9,130 nt of DNA from sequence record NZ_KM583823.1. The stretch is one strand, 5' to 3'. Positions within the stretch are counted from its first letter, which is position 1. Each line of letters begins with the position of its first letter. Shown one piece after another: positions 4,971-9,130 of the stretch. The notes under the pieces are model-generated. The model worked only from the letters and a program-made list of their open reading frames with translations, did no database searches and had not been told where the DNA came from. This stretch comes from a plasmid. Both the position numbers and the translations under genes were made by a program.

Positions 4971-6986
4971 TTACCACCCATACCCACGACTATAACTTCT
5001 CTCGTTTTCTATCTTTTGATTGTGTTCTCTAATCTTTCTATCCAGCTGTGTTGTTTTTGCATGAAGCTCTCTTGTTTCTTGCTCCATTCGCCTTGAAAGT
5101 TGTTCATCTGATCTTTGAAAGAAGTCTCTAATTCGCTCTTTTGTGTCTCTGTAGATGTTTTTAATTGCATTAATTGCATCTCGTGTTCTTGCATAAAGGT
5201 TGTGTAGGATTGTTCTAGCTCTTGTTTGAGAGTTGTTTCTAAATTCTCTAATTGTGTCTGTAGTGTCTTGTATTGAGCTTGTGAAGTCTCTTGCTCTTTG
5301 ATTTGAGCGTTCTGCAATTCTTGTTGTAAAATCTGATTGCACATGCTCTGTAAATCGTTTTTGAGCGTGATTTCTTTCTGTTCTAAGGTTTGTATCACTT
5401 GCTTTAATTCGGCTCTCTCTGCTCTCTCTAAAGCTTGAAATTTGGCTAATAATGTGTTGTGTGTTTGCAATAGCGTTTCGTAGCTCTCTTTCAAGTTCAA
5501 GGTTTCTGTCTTTAAGCTCTCGTAATCCTTGCTTAGCCTTTGAAATTCTGCTGTAACTTTCTCTAGCTTGATCAATAGCTCGTTTTTGTCGTTCTCTAAA
5601 CTCTCTATTTCGCTGTTCTTTTCTTTGAGTAAGATCTCTTTCTCGTTCTGTAAGTTCTCTACTTCGCTGATTAAAGCGCTCTGCAACTTGTTTAAGCAAT
5701 CGTTCTGCATTTTTTCTCCTTATTTCTTGGTCGGTATTGGTTGGTAAAATCTTTGCAGATTGGCGTTGTCTAGTTGATCTATCCGCTGTTTGAGTTGCAA
5801 ATTTTCTTTCCGTAAAAGCTCTAATTCCTTGTTTTTGTAGGGCAGAATGATGAGAAAGTATGCCCCCACTAATATTGCTCCCATGATGACTAGACCCATG
5901 ATGAAAGTTAGGGGCATCAGTAGGGATTTTTTGGCTAGGTTTTTGTAACATTGTTTCTCTAGGTCTATCAACTTCGCTTGTATAGTCTTGTTGTGTTCTT
6001 TGTTGGCTTTCTCTAGTTCTAGGTGGCTGTTCTTTAAGGTCTCTTGGGTTGCTTGGATCAGCTTGGTGTAATCTTTCATAGTAGCGTTGTTTGTGTTTAA
6101 TGTGTCTGTGTAGTTGTTGTTCCAAGTCTCTAAGCTCTTGTATGAGAGATTGTGTAGCTCTTGGTGTTGTGTTAGGAGCTGTTGATATTTCTCTTGTATC
6201 TCTTTTTCGGCTTGTATCTTTTTTCTGGCTATATTCTCTAAATTCTTGTTCAATAAGTCTTTGTTCAGTAAATCGTTCATCATAAATTATTCCTTTCAAT
6301 CGTTTGGCTTTTTGTTGGTTAGGGAGCTTGACACTGATATAATCCTTGCCTTGTCTAGTAATCTCATAATTACTCGCTTGTAAAAGCTCTATTATTTCTG
6401 CCCTTGAATTTAACAAACCTTGTGTTACGGCGTTGTAAAGGTAATTATCTAGCTCTTTGTAGTTCTTAAAGATAGCCTTACCTTGTGGGGTTTTTGTGTT
6501 GTGGTAGTTACTAATTTGTTGTTTTTTTAGGTCTTTGGGGTTTGTAAAGGTGTATTTTAGATTAACTACATTTTGCCAAGTATCAATGCGTTTTAAATCC
6601 ACTTTGTGATAGTAGGGGTTAAACGCTTTTTGTCTCTCTAAGTCAATTTTGGGTATAACAAAATTTAACTCCAAACGCCCCTTGTCTGTGTGTTCTACCC
6701 ATAAAATGTTATAACGCCTTTGCATTTCTTGTGTGAGTAAAGCATTTTCAAAGCTTTCCATAAGTTCGTATTTTAAGCCATCATTAATATTTGACTCTTC
6801 AAAGGATAAGCACCCTACACATGCCTTGTGTTTTTGAGTAAGAGAGAGTAAAAGACTTTTAGTTAGATTAGCATCGCCCTTTAAAACTTTAGCTGTGCCT
6901 TGCTCCACTCTTTCATTAAGCAAGTAATTAACGCTCCCATCACCATCACCGCCCCCTTGATTAGTCCCCCAAAATTTAACTAACAT
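4971..6986 (-). CDS. mobA: Mobilisation relaxase MobA (ColE1 MbeA-like, HEN-motif family)
   Basis: 671-aa ORF. N-terminus MLVKFWGTNQGGGDGDGSVNYLLNER closely parallels MbeA-type relaxase N-termini (catalytic Tyr candidate Y21 in VNYLL). The family-defining segment ILWVEHTDKGRLELNFVIP (HEN motif) is present. The long R/E/Q-rich C-terminal tail is typical of this family. ATG overlaps the mobC stop by 11 nt (translational coupling). Confidence 0.85.
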   Translation of the reverse strand: MLVKFWGTNQGGGDGDGSVNYLLNERVEQGTAKVLKGDANLTKSLLLSLTQKHKACVGCLSFEESNINDGLKYELMESFENALLTQEMQRRYNILWVEHTDKGRLELNFVIPKIDLERQKAFNPYYHKVDLKRIDTWQNVVNLKYTFTNPKDLKKQQISNYHNTKTPQGKAIFKNYKELDNYLYNAVTQGLLNSRAEIIELLQASNYEITRQGKDYISVKLPNQQKAKRLKGIIYDERFTEQRLIEQEFREYSQKKDTSRKRDTREISTAPNTTPRATQSLIQELRDLEQQLHRHIKHKQRYYERLHQADPSNPRDLKEQPPRTRESQQRTQQDYTSEVDRPRETMLQKPSQKIPTDAPNFHHGSSHHGSNISGGILSHHSALQKQGIRAFTERKFATQTADRSTRQRQSAKILPTNTDQEIRRKNAERLLKQVAERFNQRSRELTERERDLTQRKEQRNREFRERQKRAIDQARESYSRISKAKQGLRELKDRNLELERELRNAIANTQHIISQISSFRESRESRIKASDTNLRTERNHAQKRFTEHVQSDFTTRIAERSNQRARDFTSSIQDTTDTIREFRNNSQTRARTILHNLYARTRDAINAIKNIYRDTKERIRDFFQRSDEQLSRRMEQETRELHAKTTQLDRKIREHNQKIENERSYSRGYGW
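5009..5710 (-). CDS. Second gene nested inside mobA, same alternative frame, coiled-coil protein (MobD-position analogue) - tentative
   Basis: 233-aa ORF starting 9 nt after the stop of the 187-aa nested ORF, with a perfect SD (AAGGAG) 6 nt upstream of its ATG. Product is an E/Q/L-rich predicted coiled coil. Could alternatively be a by-product of purine-rich low-complexity mobA sequence, but the canonical SD argues for expression. Confidence 0.45.
   Translation of the reverse strand: MQNDCLNKLQSALISEVENLQNEKEILLKEKNSEIESLENDKNELLIKLEKVTAEFQRLSKDYESLKTETLNLKESYETLLQTHNTLLAKFQALERAERAELKQVIQTLEQKEITLKNDLQSMCNQILQQELQNAQIKEQETSQAQYKTLQTQLENLETTLKQELEQSYTTFMQEHEMQLMQLKTSTETQKSELETSFKDQMNNFQGEWSKKQESFMQKQHSWIERLENTIKR
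5720..6283 (-). CDS. Gene nested out-of-frame inside mobA (MobB/MbeB-like mobilisation accessory protein, coiled coil plus one TM helix) - tentative
   Basis: 187-aa ORF in an alternative frame of mobA. Good SD (AAGGA) 7-8 nt upstream of its ATG(ATG) start. Contains a clear hydrophobic segment (LLMPLTFIMGLVIMGAILVGAYFLIILPY). ColE1-type mob regions are known to nest mbeB/mbeD inside mbeA in another frame. Confidence 0.5.
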   Translation of the reverse strand: MMNDLLNKDLLNKNLENIARKKIQAEKEIQEKYQQLLTQHQELHNLSYKSLETWNNNYTDTLNTNNATMKDYTKLIQATQETLKNSHLELEKANKEHNKTIQAKLIDLEKQCYKNLAKKSLLMPLTFIMGLVIMGAILVGAYFLIILPYKNKELELLRKENLQLKQRIDQLDNANLQRFYQPIPTKK

Positions 6987-7320
6987 ACTTAGCTCTTAGT
7001 TGTTCTAATTGATTGCTAATTTCTATCAGTTGCTCTAAACCTAATCTATCCCATGCCCCCTTATTAGTGTTGAGATGTTTAGCGATTTGATTTAAATTGT
7101 TTCCCCACTTAGCTAATTCAATGATTAGCTCTTTATTAGCGATAGCTTTTTGTTTTTTAGATTTTGTTGGAGTTTGTGAGTTTTGGTGTAAAAGAGAGTT
7201 TAAAACCAATTGAGAAAAGTTTAAATTTTTTTCTTGCATTTGAGTTTGGATAGTTTGCCATTCTGTTTGATTTAGTCGTAAGCGTTTGGTTATGTTTTTG
7301 TTATCAGAAAGTTTTGGCAT
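6976..7320 (-). CDS. mobC: MobC/MbeC-family mobilisation accessory protein (oriT-binding, relaxosome component)
   Basis: 114-aa ORF immediately upstream of and overlapping mobA. Contains the MobC-family signature LAKWGNNLNQIAKHLN (xGNNLNQIAxxxN). Confidence 0.8.
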   Translation of the reverse strand: MPKLSDNKNITKRLRLNQTEWQTIQTQMQEKNLNFSQLVLNSLLHQNSQTPTKSKKQKAIANKELIIELAKWGNNLNQIAKHLNTNKGAWDRLGLEQLIEISNQLEQLRAKYVS

Positions 7321-7387
7321 GTTTTGTTTGACTTATCCCTTAATTTTGATTTATGGGGGGTTCTAGGGGGTATCCCACTAGCAAAGA

Positions 7388-7398
7388 TAGGCGATTTT
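7388..7398 (-). repeat. Copy 2 of dispersed 11-mer AAAATCGCCTA (minus orientation), embedded in oriT-region hairpin
   Basis: Plus strand reads TAGGCGATTTT at 7388-7398. Overlaps the left arm of inverted repeat GGCGAT-n7-ATCGCC (7390-7408). Confidence 0.5.
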
Positions 7399-7440
7399 TC
7401 ACATCGCCGTTATTTGTAGCTACACAAAGTATCCTTGCCC
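7390..7440. other. Candidate oriT: inverted repeat followed by nic-like core
   Basis: Lies in the roughly 200-bp gap upstream of mobC. Inverted repeat GGCGAT TTTTCAC ATCGCC (7390-7408) is followed 22 nt later by GTATCCTTGCC (7429-7439), which resembles the MOBP-type nic core YATCCTG|Y with one inserted T. A G-rich block GGGGGGTTCTAGGGGGTATCCC lies just upstream (7364-7385). Assignment by position (upstream of mobC-mobA) and resemblance only. Confidence 0.35.
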
Positions 7441-7477
7441 TTTTATTTTAATTTTAGCATGGATTGGTTAATTTGGA

Positions 7478-7483
7478 TATAAT
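7478..7483 (+). promoter_or_regulatory. Candidate -10 (TATAAT) for the antitoxin-toxin operon
   Basis: TTGGATATAATATGG is about 36 nt upstream of the antitoxin ATG. No convincing -35, which is usual for Helicobacter-type sigma-80 promoters. Confidence 0.25.
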
Positions 7484-7518
7484 ATGGTTATCATGATTGA
7501 TTGAGTTAAGGAGATAAG

Positions 7519-7800
7519 ATGTTAAAAAATGTAGAAATGGGAGCTAATTTTTATAAAGAGCTTGGCAAATTAAAAAAACAATTAGCTAAATATCAAAGTA
7601 AAGTTTTAGAAATTAAAACACAAATGAAAGAGATTAAAAAGCAATATTCTCAAGCTAAGAAAGATGAGAATTTATCTAATAAATATACTCCTAATGATGA
7701 GCTAAAACAAGATTTATTAGATATTGATAACCCTAATACGACTGAAAACTTTAAACCTAAAAATGCTAGTGAAATTTGGCAATATGCTCTTAATTCTTAG
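7519..7800 (+). CDS. Putative antitoxin of a type II TA pair (partner of YafQ/RelE-like toxin)
   Basis: 93-aa ORF with strong SD (TTAAGGAGATAAG ATG). Ends 8 nt before the toxin gene. Acidic and hydrophilic. Assignment by size, position and coupling to the downstream toxin, not by recognised motif. Confidence 0.55.
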   Translation: MLKNVEMGANFYKELGKLKKQLAKYQSKVLEIKTQMKEIKKQYSQAKKDENLSNKYTPNDELKQDLLDIDNPNTTENFKPKNASEIWQYALNS

Positions 7801-7808
7801 GGGTTTAA

Positions 7809-8078
7809 ATGTTAGAAATTGAGTTAAAAAAGAAATTCACTAAGGATTTGAAAAAGCATATTTTAAATCAAAAAATTGAGTTAGAAGTGTTTAACTTAGT
7901 GGTTGAAAATTTAAGAAATCAAATTCCATTGGGTGAAAGATTTAAAGACCACTCTTTAAGTGGAACATACAAAGGTTGTAGAGAGTGCCACATTAAGCCT
8001 GATGTTTTGCTCGTGTATAGAGTGAAAGACAATGTTTTAACTTTGGTTAGGCTTGGAAGTCATAGTGAGTTGTTTTAG
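7809..8078 (+). CDS. RelE/ParE-superfamily toxin, YafQ-like mRNA interferase
   Basis: 89 aa. C-terminal half KDHSLSGTYKGCRECHIKPDVLLVYRVKDNVLTLVRLGSHSELF matches the YafQ/RelE pattern (KDHxLxG...RECHIxpDxLLxY...L.RxGSHSELF), including the His/Asp/His/Phe catalytic positions. Resembles the chromosomal H. pylori HP0894-type toxins as I recall them. Confidence 0.85.
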   Translation: MLEIELKKKFTKDLKKHILNQKIELEVFNLVVENLRNQIPLGERFKDHSLSGTYKGCRECHIKPDVLLVYRVKDNVLTLVRLGSHSELF

Positions 8079-8092
8079 ACAAATTTCTTCCT

Positions 8093-8103
8093 AAAATCGC
8101 CTA
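8093..8103 (+). repeat. Copy 3 of dispersed 11-mer AAAATCGCCTA (plus orientation; extended CTAAAATCGCCTAG)
   Basis: Exact 11-mer, 13-mer shared with copy 1. Located 15 nt after the toxin stop at the TA module / origin-region junction. Confidence 0.5.
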
Positions 8104-8328
8104 GAATGAATTTTCAACTCTAATCCAACCTAATCATCAGTTTTTGAATGAAACGATGAAATAAGGCTATTTTTAGCTCATTATTGGGGTATTTTGTTTT
8201 TAGTTGAAAGCTAACTTCAAAATTCAAGAAAACTTCATTTCCCTTTTAGTTGCTTGCTAGAAAGCAAATCTAGCGTGTTTAGGATCTAAAAGCACATGTA
8301 ATTTGTGTTATCAATCCAACCATTTACA

Positions 8329-8339
8329 AAACCGCCTAG
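8329..8339 (+). repeat. Degenerate fourth copy (AAAACCGCCTA, 1 mismatch) of the dispersed 11-mer
   Basis: AAAACCGCCTAGCGAGCG at the start of the GC-richer repeat block. One mismatch, so weaker. Confidence 0.25.
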
Positions 8340-8615
8340 CGAGCGATAGCGAGCATTCAAGCGGTTTTGCACCTATTGGTTTGCGTTAGCAAACACCTAT
8401 AAGCGAAGCGTTAGCGAGCATGGACAAAAGCGCATCGCAGTTTGAAATTGTAGGCGTTAGCCGTAGATGGTTTTGCGTTAGCAAAATCAAACAAGATAGC
8501 GCAAACCTGGTGCAAAGCACAAAATCTTCAAAACTAAAATCCCAAGATATGTAGCGCGTCATGCGCGTTGTTTTTTTACATGTTTTTAACAGCATGCTGT
8601 TTTTACATGTTTTAC

Positions 8616-8629
8616 CATGCGCGCGCATG
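8616..8629. repeat. Perfect 14-bp palindrome CATGCGCGCGCATG within a CATG-rich repeat block
   Basis: Read directly from sequence. Surrounded by imperfect direct repeats TTTTTACATGTTTT (8573-8586, 8602-8615), CATGCGCG (8560, 8616) and the palindrome AGCATGCT (8591-8598). Six CATG sites lie within about 70 bp. Confidence 0.6.
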
Positions 8630-8636
8630 CGAGGGA

Positions 8637-8657
8637 TTAGGGGTTGCAGCCCCCTAA
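8637..8657. repeat. Inverted repeat / hairpin TTAGGGG-TTGCAGC-CCCCTAA
   Basis: 7-bp perfect arms, 7-nt loop, about 45 bp upstream of the iteron array. Confidence 0.5.
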
Positions 8658-8702
8658 ATACCGAAGCTGTAGAGTTTCTCATTTTTGAGTGAAAATGAAT
8701 AA

Positions 8703-8804
8703 AACAGAACTTCTTGCCAACACTAACAGAACTTCTTGCCAACACTAACAGAACTTCTTGCCAACACTAACAGAACTTCTTGCCAACACTAACAGAACTT
8801 CTTT
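8703..8804 (+). repeat. Iteron array: 22-bp direct repeat AACAGAACTTCTTGCCAACACT x4 exact plus a 13-nt partial fifth copy (origin of replication, Rep-binding sites)
   Basis: Exact tandem copies at 8703-8724, 8725-8746, 8747-8768 and 8769-8790, plus partial copy 8791-8804. Contiguous with no spacers, so not CRISPR. Followed by an AT-rich stretch. repA is immediately downstream on a circular map. Confidence 0.85.
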
Positions 8805-8860
8805 ATTTTAAAGTTATGATTATTAACAATTTTTAGCTAAAATAACAACCTAAGGCGGTG
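8805..8860. other. AT-rich segment adjacent to iterons (candidate DNA-unwinding element of oriV)
   Basis: TTTATTTTAAAGTTATGATTATTAACAATTTTTAGCTAAAATAACAACC is strongly AT-rich directly after the iterons. Confidence 0.3.
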
Positions 8861-8964
8861 TAACATGGTTGCTAATCCTAGTGTTAACAAATTTGGAGAA
8901 ATTAGCTTTAAAAGCTAGTGGGTTGGGAGTTTGTAGCGGGTGGCACTCTGTTAGGAGGCACACC

Positions 8965-9024
8965 ATGAAAGCATTTTTAATAGTAGTGATTTTAGTGGTA
9001 ATCTTAACACAGCCACTATATTAA
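8965..9024 (+). CDS. 19-codon hydrophobic mini-ORF MKAFLIVVILVVILTQPLY (Ibs-like type I toxin candidate / small membrane peptide) - speculative
   Basis: ATG at 8965 preceded by a perfect SD (GTTAGGAGGCACACC ATG), TAA at 9022-9024. Product is a single TM-like hydrophobic helix ending in Tyr, the same length and character as enterobacterial Ibs peptides. A small hairpin (TAGCTT-TAA-AAGCTA, about 8918-8932) lies in the putative 5' UTR. Confidence 0.3.
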   Translation: MKAFLIVVILVVILTQPLY

Positions 9025-9088
9025 AACTTTAGCGTTTTAATAACCCTTAATAAGTCCGCCAAGACTTTTTAAGGGTTTCACTCCTATT

Positions 9089-9094
9089 ATTATA
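9089..9094 (-). promoter_or_regulatory. Candidate antisense promoter -10 (TATAAT on minus strand) convergent on the mini-ORF
   Basis: Minus strand reads AAAAGACGATATAATAATAGGAGTG. Perfect TATAAT hexamer about 65 nt downstream of the mini-ORF stop. It would drive a transcript antisense to the mini-ORF, as expected for a type I antitoxin RNA. No good -35. Confidence 0.25.
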
Positions 9095-9130
9095 TCGTCT
9101 TTTGGAAAATAAGCATTAAAAGGCTCTCAA

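Noticed and set aside
6091-6285. 64-aa Cys/Ser-rich plus-strand ORF inside mobA
   Set aside because: Antisense to the relaxase gene and to the nested 187-aa gene. Composition (MCLMCLCSCCSKS...) reflects the pyrimidine-rich antisense strand of a purine-rich coding region.
8386-8745. 119-aa minus-strand ORF spanning the GC-rich repeat block and iterons
   Set aside because: Lies over tandem repeats, palindromes and iterons that behave as non-coding origin DNA. Translation is Cys/Arg/Ser-rich junk-like sequence with no SD. Most likely an artefact of locally elevated GC content.
8703-8804. Possible CRISPR array (regular direct repeats)
   Set aside because: The 22-bp units are perfectly contiguous with no intervening unique spacers. 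There is no cas gene and the AT-rich stretch follows, so this is an iteron origin rather than CRISPR.

Overview
The window reads as a near-complete small mobilisable Helicobacter-type cryptic plasmid, all called by eye without searches. It is low-GC and modular. The modules are: (i) a replication module, with a repA-like initiator at 1-1617 plus a class-II Fic (AMPylase-family) gene; the cognate origin, a 22-bp iteron array x4.6 at 8703-8804 followed by an AT-rich stretch, lies at the other end of the window, which implies a circular replicon cut at repA. (ii) A ColE1/MbeA-type mobilisation module on the minus strand, with MobC-like accessory protein (GNNLNQIAK motif), HEN-motif relaxase MobA, two SD-equipped genes nested out-of-frame inside mobA, and a candidate oriT. 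(iii) A RelB-like antitoxin/YafQ-RelE-like toxin addiction pair. (iv) The most interesting part, a minus-strand microcin C-like peptidyl-nucleotide antibiotic operon. It comprises an MccB-type ThiF/E1-like adenylyltransferase, an MccC-type MFS efflux pump, and a 7-codon precursor gene mccA (M-K-L-S-Y-R-N, with a strong SD) at 4776-4799. mccA is too small for the ORF track and ends in the Asn required for MccB chemistry. Further observations: a 13-mer (CTAAAATCGCCTA) repeated exactly at three module junctions; a CATG-rich palindrome cluster next to the iterons; a 19-codon Ibs-like hydrophobic mini-ORF with a perfect SD and a convergent antisense TATAAT; and a hairpin between mccA and mccB reminiscent of the E. 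coli mccA-mccB terminator/attenuator arrangement.
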